Below are positions 26,601 through 39,490 of a stretch of DNA of 64,000 nucleotides, one piece after another (within the stretch, counting starts at the first letter, position 1; each line of letters starts with the position of its first letter). This stretch comes from Leucoraja ocellata (taxonomy: Eukaryota). Both the position numbers and the translations under genes were made by a program. The notes under the pieces were generated by a model. The model worked only from the letters and a program-made list of their open reading frames with translations, made no database searches and was not told the origin of the DNA. The stretch lies in NCBI GenBank assembly GCA_036785375.1, contig JAWMAR010000030.1, positions 6,386,001 through 6,450,000 of the forward strand, read 5' to 3'.

Positions 26601-28059
26601 ACTACCAGCACATCTTCCTCCTTGTGATCAATTGAATGTCACATTTAATTACTGTACAGAAACTCAGAATAAAATGTTGGAAATTATTTTACTTATTACA
26701 TGAATTTCTTTAGAATTTACCACTTGAGGTCTGAATATTGTGCAGCAAGTGGGGCATATATTTTGGACTGAAGCTAATTGTGTGTGTATGTAGTGATAAG
26801 TTTAAAAATAGCAAGAAGGTACTTCTGCACATTAATTTCCAGCTAACATTCAGTTATCAGGTTCAATCCAGTGGTTTGCTGGTCAACTTCATTCATATTT
26901 ACATCCCTATTCTCCAAAGCAGATGTCCACTTTCTTTCAGTGGTAAAAAAGTTTATATTTTGATGTACTAATTGAAATGAGAGTCAACCTCTTCTGAGGT
27001 CCTGTGAGGCTGACATCATCTCTTATGTACCTTAACTAATTTCCTGGGAGCCAACACCTTTTAAAAAACATTTTATTAAACGTGATTGCAAATTCAAAGT
27101 TAATTCTCATCAGCTAATGGTGGGACTGAGTGTCTGGTCACACTTGCAATTATTTGAGGACGATTTTAATCCTCTCGTTATTGCTACCATTTGATGTGTT
27201 GTTCCAAATAATTTATGCAAGTTAGCTTTTGCTGCAGACTGTTCGAAGAGAGGCTACTGAGCTCAGTCATCCTTCCAAAAACATTCTAGAATTATATATG
27301 CCAACTGGCTGGAGATCCAAGCCAGCTCTTTTTTTCCTTAAAATTGATTCACTCCAGCAATAGAATGTCAATGAGTATAATTTATCATCAGTGTATGTCC
27401 TAAGGAGACCTGGTATTACTAGTCAGCATGGTTCCCTTGTATGCTGAGCTGATGGTTAGTGGATCAGATTCCATTGTAATTCAGGGGAGTGTGTTTTTCT
27501 TATTCTGTGTCAATGCTAAGCAATTAGCAATTCATTCTGCCAGATGAATACACACTAAACCATTATTAAAAGTTTCATTTAGTTCTTTAATTTATTTTTT
27601 ATGCGTTGGCAGATATAAAGACTTAACATGCTTTACACCCTTAGTGCATCTCAATATGTGTCATAGCCAAAAAATATTTCTGGGGTGTAGTCACTATACT
27701 AAGAAACATACCATACCAAGACCTTTTGCCATAAACAGCAATGAGATAATGGATAACCATGATTCTTAAAGGCAGTTCAGAACTACCTTCTTAAGGACCA
27801 GAGAGAGTTAACCTTGCCTGTAATGTCCATAGCCTCAAAATTAATAGTTCTCCATCGATGCAGAGAAATACCTCAATTTGTCTCTTAGCACTCAGTGAGT
27901 ATAAATTATAACGTTTTTTTAAACTGTTGGTGGAACTCAGTCTCAGAGAGCATCTGTGGATAGAAATGGACAGCCAACTTGATTTTGGATCAGGAGCCAT
28001 CAGACCTATTGAGTTAAATTGCTGCAATTAGATTGGGTTGCCAATGCCTCAGTCGGCAT

Positions 28060-28550
28060 CAGTGGTGCTGAAGTATAGATGGCTAAGAACTTGAGGTTCT
28101 TTGGCATAAATATTACCAACAATTCATCCGCTTCCAACCACATTGACACTAACACCTCTTCTTCATCAAAAGACTAAGGAAATTCAAGGTGCCTTCTATG
28201 GCTTTTAACAATTTTTACAGATGTACCATAGAAAGTGTCCTATACTAATCATTCTCAAACTTGTTTGGCAACAGCTCTACCCATGACCACAAGAACTTGC
28301 AGAGAGTTGACATCCCTGTCAATCCCGACATTCCCTCTTCTCATCATTTTCCTCAGTCAGAAGATACAGAAGCTTGAGGTGCCAGATTCAGGAACAACTT
28401 TTTCCCATCTGTTATCAGGCTACTGAACGAACCTCTCATAAGCTGAGGATGTAGTCCCGCTCTCCCATCCTCTCACATTGCACTTTTTAAAATCTGCTCT
28501 TTTTCTTTAGCTATAACATTGTAATGCTGTAACATTATATTATGCACTCT
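28060..28550 (+). mobile_element. Decayed Rex1/Babar 3' fragment
   Basis: Nucleotide similarity to 15660-16141 and 43715-44100 (CAGATTCAGGAACAAC...ATCAGGCTACTGAA). Confidence 0.55.
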
Positions 28551-28552
28551 AG

Positions 28553-29325
28553 TTATAGAGTCATAGAGTAATACAGCGTGGAAACAGGCCCTTCGGCCCA
28601 ACTTGCCCACACCGGCCAACATTTGCCAGCCACACTAGTCCCATCTGCCATGTTTGGTCCATATCCCTCCAAGCCTGTCCTATCCATGTACCTGTCTAAC
28701 CGTTTCTTAAAACGTTGGGATAGTCCCTGCCTCAACTACCTCCTCTGGCAGCTTGTTCCATACACCCACCTCCACCCTTTGTGTGAAAAAGTTACCCCTC
28801 AGATTCCTGTCAAATATTTCCCCTTCACCTTGAACCTATGTTCTCTGTTCCTCGATGCACCTTCTCTGGGCAAGAGACTCTGTGCATCCACCTGATCTAT
28901 TCCTCTCATGATTTTATACACCTCAATAAGATCACCCTTCATCCTCCTGCACTCCAAGGAATAGAGTCACAGCCTACTCAACCTCTCCCTATAGTTCAGA
29001 CTCTAGTCCTATCAACATCCTCGTAAATCCTCTCTGTACCCTTTCTAGCTGGACAACATCTTTCCTCTAACATGGTGCCCAGACTGAACACAATACTCTA
29101 AATGCAGCCTTATGCAACTGCAATACAACCTCCCAACTTCTATACTCAGTACTTTGACTGATGAAGGCCAATGTGCCAAATGCCTTTAAATGCCACCCTA
29201 TCTACCTGTGACCACCTTCAAAGAACCATGCACCTGCGCGCCGAGATCCCTCTGCTCTAGAATACTCCTTAGCCCTACAATTCACTGTGTATCTACAACA
29301 TTCCCCAGAGCCCTACCATTCACTG
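28553..29325 (-). mobile_element. CR1 LINE 3' fragment
   Basis: Minus strand shows the CR1 end (FKKRLDRYMDRTGLEGYG) and tail GGGCCGAAGGGCCTGTTTCC...CTATGACTCTAT. Confidence 0.85.
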
Positions 29326-30009
29326 TGTAAATGGTAGTTATTTTATCTTGATGCATTAGGTGTCGTACTTGATTATGGTTTGATTGTATACATGTAAGGT
29401 ACGATTTGACTGAATAGCAAACAAGTTTGTCACTGTATCCTACTACACATAGCAATAATAAACCAATACCAATGTAGGCTGAGCAAATGGACAAAATACC
29501 TACTTCATATTTTAGTGAAGAGCATTGGTCTATTTTTAATTGTTTAGAGTTCTTGCATCCATCCATGCTAATATATATGCTCGACAATTTTTTAATCTAT
29601 TACAGACACATATTATTCTAAATATAAAACAGCATGCCTTCAAATAAATTACATTTATACTGCAGGCTATCTGCTGTTGTACAAAGTACTGCACAGTGTG
29701 ATTGTCACTTATGATTTACCCACTCAACGTACACGAGATTTTGCAGCAGTCTCTTCATCTTAAAATAATGTACACTTCTTTTCCAGAGAAAATTAGTTAA
29801 GTATTTGAGTTTTTACTTTATTTTGTTGCATTGTATGATTATTGTTGTGGCCATTATTTCCATTGATATTCCTTAACTATCAATCAATTAATTCATCTCA
29901 ATACTAATCTATATTTTAAAAACCCATCATAAACATTAGTACAAAACTAGAAACTTTGTCCCAGATTTTTTTACGTGTCAAATTAGCGGATAGGCTAATG
30001 ATGTTCACT

Positions 30010-30303
30010 GTTTAGTTTAGTTTAGACACGGTGCAGAAACAAGCATTTTGGCCCACCGAGACCTCACCGACCAGCGATCCCCACACATTAACACTATCCT
30101 TCACATACTGGGACAATTTTCATTTTTAAACCAAGCCAATTAACCTACAAACCTGTACGTCTTTGGAGTGTGGGAGGAAACCCACATGGTCATGGGGAGA
30201 ATGTACAAACTCCATTCAGACAGCACCCATAGTCAGGATCGAACCCAGGTCTATGGTGCTGTAAGCAGCAACTCTACCACTGTGCCACCTCTAACTGCTG
30301 CCC
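30010..30303 (-). mobile_element. V-SINE-like element
   Basis: (TTTAG)n tail, V-domain and B-box, all reverse complement. Confidence 0.8.
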
Positions 30304-31267
30304 TATTTATGTGCCAGTGATACTCCAATGGCAAGCAGAAGATGTTTGGTCGGAACCACATAAAGGTTAATGCCTGAGACATGGTACAAGTAGATTTGAA
30401 TAAACAGCATCTTGCATAAATTGCTGCCTTGCTTACAGTTAATACAAGGTAAATTCACCACAGAGATCTTGTGATTTCAATCCTTGCATCTTTCCTTTCA
30501 ACAATGTGATAATTGTAGTTAATTATCTCTGCTGCTCTAAATTAATTATTAGAGGTTCTGAGTTTATTGTTTTATTAGTTGAAAACTTCAAACTTTTTAC
30601 ATATTTATTTTTTCTTTCTGTATCTGAGTTGCATATTTGAGTTTATAATGTGGCCATTGGTGGACTTGTAAATTTTTGATACTGAATTATGAATGGAAAT
30701 TACGATTTGGGATTATATTTGGTGATTATCAAACATGTACGTTATTTTATTTCTATCTTAAAAATCGCTTTCAAATCTGACATTCGATAAAGTGATTTGT
30801 TATGCAAAATACATTTTCATGTGAAGGCTTAGATAGTTAAACATGTATCACATGAACAAAACCAGCCAGTAAAAATCTCATAATGAGAAAATCTTACTGA
30901 AAAAATGCTTAGCTTTGAGAGTTAAAGTCCTACAAAAGATGAAGGTGAAGTGGACTTGTTCTGATTTCTCCCTCTTAATTGTTGAGGGAATTATGTTTGT
31001 ACCTATTGCATTAGCCCCGTCATCTTTGCCCTTGTTGAACACTTATTTAACGTCACTATGGGTCTAGGGATTCCTGCTTTATTGTCTTCTAAGGTGTTGC
31101 AGCAGTTCATGTTAATCATAATACATTTTTTTAGTTCTCCTGTTGGAAAATAAACGTAAGAATAGGACTAAAATTTAGAACATCAAAATAGCTTTGTGTA
31201 GATGAAGATAGACATTTTATAAACTGATTAAAAGCCAAACGCAGGCACAATTGCTCCACATGCCTTT

Positions 31268-31556
31268 GGGGACGGCACAGCGGTAGAGTTGCCGCCATAC
31301 AGCGGCAGAGACCCAGATTCAATCCTGACTACGGATGCAGTCCTTACGGAATTTGTACATTCTCCCAATGATTACGTGGATTTCCTCTGGGTCCTCTGGT
31401 TTCCTCCTGATATCCAAGATGTGCAAGTTTGTAGGTTAATAGGCTTCTATACAAACTGCCCCCAGTGTGTCGTTTATGGGAATCGCTGGTCGGTGTGGAC
31501 TCAGTGGATCAAAGGGGCTGTTTCCATGCTGTATCTCTAAACTAAACTAAACTAAA
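31268..31556 (+). mobile_element. V-SINE-like element
   Basis: tRNA head GGCACAGCGGTAGAG...ATTCAATCC, V-domain and (CTAAA)4 tail. Confidence 0.8.
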
Positions 31557-32916
31557 GCCATTAGTTGTCAAATCCTGTCGGATTTATTGTCATATGTACA
31601 AGTATAGTGACTTTCAGGTACAATGAAAAAGATTGCTTGCAGCAGCATTACATGTACTTATTTGCTGACAAACACGGAAATAACGTTATTTTTCCTAAAA
31701 GAAAGACTATGCAAAAAATCAAGCCATTGGTGCAGAAACATAATTAGGAAAAATACACAAAGTGTTGGAGGAACTCAGGGGGTCAGTCCCCATACTGTTG
31801 TTTTCGCTCTGACTATACTACTTATTTTCCAAGCTGTAGTCCCTTCTCTCTTTGCCTTTTATCTCCTTTTTTCTCATTTGTGCTGATATTTATTTTTTCA
31901 TTTTGCCTATCACTTCCACAACTTAAATATTCTGGAATATTGAATTCCCAACCTTGGACACTTTACCGGCATATCCCATTATTGGTTTTAGATTGTACTA
32001 ATTCATTCTGTTCTATTTTTCATTTATGTTTTTTCAATTGATTATGTTACAGAGTGATTCTGTATGGTGTAAAATAATTGCATCTTTCCCTTGACAGAGT
32101 TATATACATTGTAGTCCGTTGCTTTAATTACTACCAGATTCCTTCAGCTCACTGGAAGCTGAGGATGCCTTGCTGGCCAGAACAGTAAGAATTGAGTCAT
32201 CAGCTGCTGCTGAAAGAACACATTCATCTGTGTTGTTTGACTGGTGTATAGTCTAGCTGTTCCTGATTAGAATAAGGACATTACGATAAGGATAGAAACT
32301 CATTACTGCAAGAAATTGCTTTGCCTCAGGATTTGCAATGTGGTGCAACATCTCCAGAAATGAATCTCTGTCCAACAAATGATTCATTAATAGATGTTTT
32401 CTAAAAATATTTACCATTTGGCCAAGTCATAAGTGTTGTTCAATATTGATAGATATTGTAAAAAGAAAACCTGTATATGCCTTGAGGTAAAGCATTGATT
32501 ATGTTTTAAAATGTTTTCCGAGATTGCAGTGCCGTTGGCATATGACACTGCAACATGTTCTGACCAGCAGTATGTACTGTCGTATCTAATATTGTGTTAA
32601 GAAATACAGGGACCGCTTTTATATGTATAGAGGCTGCAACAAATAGAAAGGGTTTCAAAATATTTACCTTGTACAGGTCTCTTCCCCAGGTATCTTGCCT
32701 TGAAATAAATTGCAATAGAGGTCATAGTGGATCAGAAAGTAAAATAGCTGCAGAGCCTTAATTGTAAAATGTTTCAAGGTGCTTTACAGGAACACACTTG
32801 GTTAAAAACTTATGCCAAGATAATGGAAAAGCAATTAGGAATGCTTTATCAAAGAGTTATGTTAAGTAATTCTGGAGAAATTAGAAGTTGATAAAGAGGT
32901 TTAGAGAGCCAATATT

Positions 32917-33008
32917 TGAAGAAGGGTCTCGACCCGAAACGTCACCTATTCCTTCTCTTCAGAGATACTTCCCATCCCGCTGAGTTAGTCCAGCTTTTTG
33001 TGTCTATC
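32917..33008 (+). mobile_element. Penelope pLTR fragment starting at the hammerhead core
   Basis: TGAAGAAGGGTCTCGACCCGAAACGTCACCT...; the conserved C3 is replaced by T. Confidence 0.8.
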
Positions 33009-33097
33009 CTGAATTTATGAGCTTGGTAAAAACACAGTTGCCAATAGTTGTAAGGATGGAAGTGGGACGTAGATAACGTAGAGTTAAAGGAGCATAA

Positions 33098-33255
33098 AGG
33101 GCCTGTCCCACTTACGCGACCTTTACAGGTGATTGTCGGCACCCATCATAGGTCGTCAAAATTTTCAACATGTTGAAAATTCAGTGGCGACCAGAAAGAC
33201 GCTACGACTCTTTGGAGACCTCTCACGACCATAGAAGACCTCTCACGACCATCGG
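33098..33255. mobile_element. PIF/Harbinger-like MITE end
   Basis: TAA followed by AGGGCCTGTCCCACTT; internal repeat AGACCTCTCACGACCAT twice. Confidence 0.55.
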
Positions 33256-33493
33256 CTGAGAGAGAGAGGTGTTGGGGCAAATGAGTCAAATTTTGTTTGA
33301 GGAATTCCAAGGTTTGCTAGGGCAAGAAGCCATGTAAAAATGTTAGCAAGATAATAAGAACTTTAAAATCAAGAAGCTTGGAAAGCTATAGCTGATTATA
33401 TTGAGCACACAAGGAAAGCATGACACCAAGGTGTTGTGACATTATTTTATGTGGGAGTTTATTTGACCAATTGCTGTTTTTCCTTATATACAG

Positions 33494-33592
33494 AGCACCA
33501 GATGTCATTGCCGGAAAGAAAATTCAGCCACAAAAGGACCAGCGTGTTCTAATGCCGATAAGACCACCCAAACAGTCAATAAAGGAATATCC
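33494..33592 (+). CDS. CCSER2: CCSER2 internal coding exon, 99 nt, phase 0-0
   Basis: Acceptor ...TTTTTCCTTATATACAG and donor GTAAGT; encodes STRCHCRKENSATKGPACSNADKTTQTVNKGIS, including the ADKxTQT motif recalled from CCSER2; in frame with the previous exon. Confidence 0.85.
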
Positions 33593-35309
33593 GTAAGTCC
33601 ATTGCCTCCTGATCACTTAGCCTGATCATCACTCGCCTCATGTATCCTTTCTCGATTTGTTTGTCTTTCATTTTCCATATCTCCATACCCATCATTGTTC
33701 GAAATACTGTTGCACCAACTCAAGGTAAAAGTTACGATATTTAGGACTTGTGTACTGGCATGCAAATTAAGAAAGTACATTAACAAAATATATCTCCTGT
33801 TATGAATAGTGGATTTAATAGTTTTCTGTTCTGACTTGTTGTCAATGGAGGGTTTTGATGTGTTAAAACAAAATTAAACCTTTTAAATATCAAATACCTT
33901 GTCCTTACAGAGCCTGCTAACCCAGTGGTTGGCATAGTAGGAAGTATTGTGTAACAACATCAAAAACAACATCTTCCAACCAAGCTTGATGAAGCTTATG
34001 TTGAAATTATGACAATTAACACTAAACCTGTCCACCGTCTGAAAATGTTTCTGCCTATCTCAGAACAGAGATTAGCTCTCAATTGAATGTTGCCGTGACA
34101 AAAGCTAAACGCTTGCTTCAATTTGTTGATTGTAGTATGTAGCAGCATGTAGTAAAACTTAAATAGATGGGGGAAATTTCAAACATCATACTTATTTTTC
34201 CTTTTATTGTTTTGGTATGCACTTGGTAAAACCAATGTATGCTAAAATATATAATCAGCAAACATTTGTTACGGGTTTCACATATTATCTCGCACGTACC
34301 ATATTTTTATCAGGATGATAACTGTAGAGGCAACAGGAGAACATGTTGTGACCAAAATAATCACTCCAGTGGTGGTAAACCATACTACCCAACTTTTCTC
34401 CCAGTCATACTGGCTCTGTTGGCCTCACCACTTCAACAACTAAGAGTTTATTGTGTTCTAATCACAAAATATACTGATCTTCGATACTGAGCATAATTGA
34501 CAATTGATTAAGGTTATAGTGCAGGTTCATACACTATTAATAAATTCTACCTGCATTTACAGGGGATAACCTGTTATCCAGCTATGGTGGTGCATGAGAA
34601 ACAGTTAATGTAACCGCAGTCAAGATACCCAGTCAAGAGCGACTCAGGCTGTTCAAAAGTAACCATGTATCAAACTGCAAAAACAAATTAAAGTTTTGTT
34701 TATCTTTCTAATTAAAACAGTTTTCCATTACCTTCAGAGTAATGCGTGGTATCATGCACAAATGTTATCTCTATCTAGGTACATGGTATACAGCATATTC
34801 TGCTGCCTTTTATATTATCAGCAAATAGGTATTTTGCAGTTCTAATGTAAATTACGTATGGATAAAATACACTATTGGTTTCATTTTTACAAAGTCTTTC
34901 CAATTTAACGTTCTCATTGCCCTAGCACCTTTCTTTGGAACAATTATAAATGTAACCTCAAGCTGCGCCAACATATCCATAAAGAAAGAGTAATCAATTA
35001 GCCCTTCAAGTCCTTTCCACAATTTAATGAGATCATGGCTTTTCGGTGACATAACTCATGATCTTCACCCTTATTCGCTAACTCTGTTCATGAATAAAAA
35101 TCTGTAAATTTCAGGTTAAAAGTTAACAATTGACCTTGCATCAATTGCTGTTCCAATTTTTTACTGCATTTTATATGCAGAAATGTTTCCTAAATGCTGC
35201 TAGGACTGATTGCATTTTTATTTGCTACTCATGGACTTGAAACTCCCAACTGTCCGAAACAGTATTTTCTTCTAAAATTCTGGGTTTTTATATTGAGGAT
35301 GCCATATAC

Positions 35310-35550
35310 TGCTTAATTATCCAAACCCCTCCCCCTCTCCTCTCCTCCCTCCCCCACTCCCATTTCCCTCTCCTCTCCCCCCTTCCCCTCGTCCTCCCTC
35401 CCCCTTCCTTTCCCCCTCCCTCCACCTCTCCCCCCCCCCCCCCCCCCTGTGTGTGGGGGGTGGTTAGTGTGTGTGTGATGCTGCAGGCCCCCCACACCCC
35501 TGCAACCGCGTGTTGAGGGGCCGGGACCCAACGGGTCCCCCTTGGTCTAG
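35310..35550 (+). mobile_element. Helitron/Helentron-like non-autonomous 3' end with C-rich low-complexity tract
   Basis: Hairpin GGGACCC-aac-GGGTCCC (35523-35539), then CTAG (35547-35550) and T. Confidence 0.6.
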
Positions 35551-38500
35551 TACCTTTTAAAAATAAAGGCTGGTTTGTACACAAATGAAATATTGCTTCT
35601 GATCCTACCCACCTAACTTTAGAAGCATCCTAGAGAGAGAATGCAGGAAAAAAATCACTAAGATGGTTTCAAGAATGATCAATTTCACTGGTAAGGTTAC
35701 ATATAAGAATCTGGAATATTCTTCATTGGAGCAAAGAGGGTTGAGCAGAAATTTGATGAAATCATTGAACTTGATCAACAGTGGCTGGTCCATAAAAAGT
35801 AGATTACGTACCTGATTCACATTGGGATAGGTTGTATGTGTCCTACAGCAGCTAGGTTCTCGGTGTCACCCACAGTACAGGACAATCTACAAGGTCTAGG
35901 TGAGGAAGATTGCAGTAGGATTCATTGAACTTGGTCTGTGGGCTGTTTCACGTGTAGAGTAAGACTCACTGTATTCAATTTTGCAACATGGATTTTAAAA
36001 GCCCCCAACATAATCCGTTGTTTTGCTATGATTTTTTTTTTTTTTTTTTTGGACTCATTTTGCTATTGGTCCTTCTTGATGCCTGCTAATTTTGCAAAAT
36101 TCAGAGTCATTTTCTACAATGGGTCAAGCCTACCAAGAATTTGTTCAGGATATCTTCAGTTTAGTTTGGGTGAACTAAAGCGGAGAGGAAACCATTTTGT
36201 TGGTCAGGTTCAATGTCAAACCATATTTGAAGTGACAAATAATTACATTATTCGCAATATTGATAATATTCTATTACCCTTTGTATCATAGAACATTAGA
36301 AACACTGTGTTCTATTAATTTGATTAAGATACAGATACAGATAGCCACATTAAGGTGGTATTATTGAATATAATATTGAATTCTCATGATTTATTGTTCG
36401 TTCAGGTAGTTGTTAGTCCTCTACATTTCAAAGCTGGTTTATTACTGGTATGGTTGTGCTCTATTCCCTTCTTTCATTCAGAACCTTGGAAATAATTTGT
36501 GACACGGTGAGCTTCTGCAGCCCTGTGTTAATGGTTGTTATCCCAGTTCAAACACAACAGCAATTTTAATCTAATTGAATTTCTGCCTGAATGAAAGCAG
36601 CGGAGATGCATTTTATTGGAGGTGGTAAAAATTGTTACTTTCATTGAGCGACTACCAAGCAAGAACGGTCTGCAGTTAATCCTGATCTTTTACGGTTTCA
36701 GAGACTGGAACAAGAAAGATGACAAGTTGTTCATACAGTATGACTTAGGCCTAATTATTGGAAGATGTCTGGCTTTGACTCGTACTAACTTTTTTTTAAA
36801 GTTATAGAGCCAGAGACTATCCTAAATTTAGAAGCACTGACTGCTATGAATTATTTTTGGAGTAAATTTGCTAGTATTTGTAAATTGTAATAATTCACTT
36901 AAAATGGTTAAGCCCTCTGAGATTCCCATCAGAGATTAACTCACTCAGAAAATGTTGGGAACAGCAGCAGGTCAGGCAGCATCTGTTGAAAGAGGAACAG
37001 TAAAAATCTAAAGTCCGACAGTCTGAAGTTCTCACAAAGAGTACATGAATTGTACCACACTGTGAAGGAAGCACAGGATAATCAATAAAATGTTGCATTA
37101 CTTCCCTGAATGTCAATGGTGTCACATGTGTGTTCTCTGATAACACAGACGAAAAAATACGATGGCCAAGCAGATTCATGGTTTAACACGAGGTAAATAC
37201 ATTCAAAATAAATCAGCGGTTTGAATTCTGTTTATGAATATGTGAAAATAAATATAATTTGTAATTGTGCCGACTAGTTGAGAAGATTTAGTGCAGCTAA
37301 TGACTGTTAAATATGAGTGGGTTAGAGGGGCAAAATGCATTTCAATGAGCTGCCCTTCCATTTTGAAGATCTAATTAATAACAAATATCACTTATCATTT
37401 TAGAGACTACCTAGTCTGGAATAAATGATGCTCCAATTAACTATAGTGGGGATTAAAACGATTGCCTGATAATCCTTATAATAAACCCTGTTCTCTCACA
37501 ATTGACTTCACCTTTAGACCTGAGGCTAAACAAATTCACCTTTTTACCTTAGCTTCCCTTGGCCTGAGCTTGGTCCTGTTTCTTCGCTGTCACCACAACT
37601 GCTCACTTCTCTCTTTTCTCTACAACTTTTCTCTTCCCTTCCTATGTACTTGTTGTCAGCTGCTATTCTTTTTAAATTCTCATCGTTGTCCAATCTTTTC
37701 TGACTACCACTTCTCTGTCTCCGTAACTTTCCCCAGCCCTAAGGTAAAATATGATTTCTAAACACTTCCAGTTCTGACATCTTATGATTTCTTGATTTTA
37801 CTTTGTCCACCACATCAAGACCCTATATCTGTCAATCTGTGCTAGTGGAATTTTAAGTTCCTGCGATGTAAATCATAAGAATTAAACACAAAGTGCTGGA
37901 GGAATTCAGCAAGTCTGTGGAGGGAATAGACAGATGCCGTTTCAGGCCTTTAGCCTCTTTGAGCAGAAAGTTCCACCACTTTGTGTTTGCTCAAGACCCT
38001 CCACAAATGCCGCCTGACCTGCTGTTCCTCCAATGCTTTATATTTTGCTCAATATTCCAGCATCAGCAGTATCTTGTGGATCATAAGAATATATTGATAG
38101 AACATTATATAATGAATTCATCTCTTTATTAATACATATTTTAACCCTGTTACTTTATAATAAGTAAAATTTAATTTGAAGATGACCATATTGAAGGACT
38201 CAGGATCTCTGAAAGTCATGACCTTTTGGGGAAGTGTTGAAAGATGGTACTGGAGCAAATGATTCATGCATTTCTTTATAATGTTCTATCGAGAATTCAT
38301 TTAGTCAAATTTACACCACTGATTTTTCAGGACTAGAGAAGTGATGGAAGAGGTTATGGACAAGGCTCTTTCCATTAGGTTGTTATCCGGCTTTCCTTCA
38401 CAAATTCTGATTATGTTTCACTTTTAGAAATAATCTAAATAAATATTTTAGCTGCTTGGGTTGATTACATTACTTCTCTGCGATATATTGCTGCGATAGC

Positions 38501-38798
38501 ACATACAAGAGTACAGCCGTAAATGGATTGCCTGAAATGAGATAATTATTAGTCCTGAGATCACAGAACTGAATGCAGAGCAGGGTATTGATTAGGTATC
38601 GAGCTTATAAATGCTGCTGCAGTTTATTGAAAAAACAAATAGTTTTGTGTATCTTGGAAATGTAAAACAGGGTTTATTACTTACTAAAACAGGAGCTGCT
38701 ATGACAAAATGGTGCATTTTGTGTCTTACTATTTAGAAAACAGTTTAACAGTTTCAGATTTCCTCAATGGCAATAGTTAGTTTGAAGACATGCTGATG

Positions 38799-39033
38799 TG
38801 GGCACCTCTTGCATGTGGTCAAAATTATTGTTGTGGATATGCAATTTGACAAACATGTTCTATAATGCACTGACGTCTGGTTGGCAGATGTGCAGAGCAT
38901 TGCATCAGTGCATTATGCACTTCTGCCCCAGTGCACTGCCCCGCCCCCCCCCCCCCCCCACACCTGGATCGATCTAGAGCATGGACTGGACTTTGAAATT
39001 TGAGCCAAAACTGGGCACCTCTTGCATGTGGTC
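38799..39033. repeat. 22-bp perfect direct repeat flanking a 191-bp segment
   Basis: TGGGCACCTCTTGCATGTGGTC at 38799-38820 and 39012-39033. Confidence 0.85.
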
Positions 39034-39139
39034 TCAGTGGATTGTTTCTGTACATTTTGCTAATCAGGGAATGTGGTATGGCAATACCTGCCTGAACTGT
39101 ATGCAAAAAATAATTTCACTGAGCATTTGCACATGGGGC

Positions 39140-39246
39140 AATAAGTGACGCGTGTTCGCGCACGGCGCCCCAGGATTTTGGGATGTACAAAGTCTTTGCG
39201 CGCCATTTGCGTGACGCGCATATCACGCCCAAGTGGAACAGGTCCT
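39140..39246. mobile_element. PIF/Harbinger-like MITE end (right TIR)
   Basis: CpG-rich GTGACGCG repeats ending AAGTGGAACAGGTCCT then TTA; 14/16 match to the TIR at 33098. Confidence 0.5.
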
Positions 39247-39304
39247 TTACTTGTAATGGCACAACAGAATATGTAAACATAGTCCACTGTAAACAATATA
39301 ATAA

Positions 39305-39490
39305 TGCCTGTCCTGCTGAGTTACTCCAGCATTTTGTGTCTATCTTCAATAACAATAATAGTTATGTTGGTCAGAGCTTATTTGAGGTTGTTGTGTTTAT
39401 TAGCCGAATGGCTGCAGGGAAGAAGCTGTTCCTGAACCTGGACGTTACAGTTTTCAGGCTCCTGTACCTTCTTCCCGATGGCAGGGGAAG
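39305..39490. mobile_element. pLTR fragment followed by a minus-strand Rex1 tail fragment
   Basis: TGCCTGTCCTGCTGAGTTACTCCAGC; GGGAAGAAGCTGTTCCTGAACCTGG is the reverse complement of the RFRNSFFP region. Confidence 0.65.

Noticed and set aside
33098-39246. Two Harbinger-like TIRs in inverted orientation flanking the CCSER2 exon at 33494 (possible exon-capturing composite element)
   Set aside because: Flanks differ (TAA versus TTA), subterminal sequences differ, and the exon is collinear with the host gene; two independent truncated MITEs are more likely.
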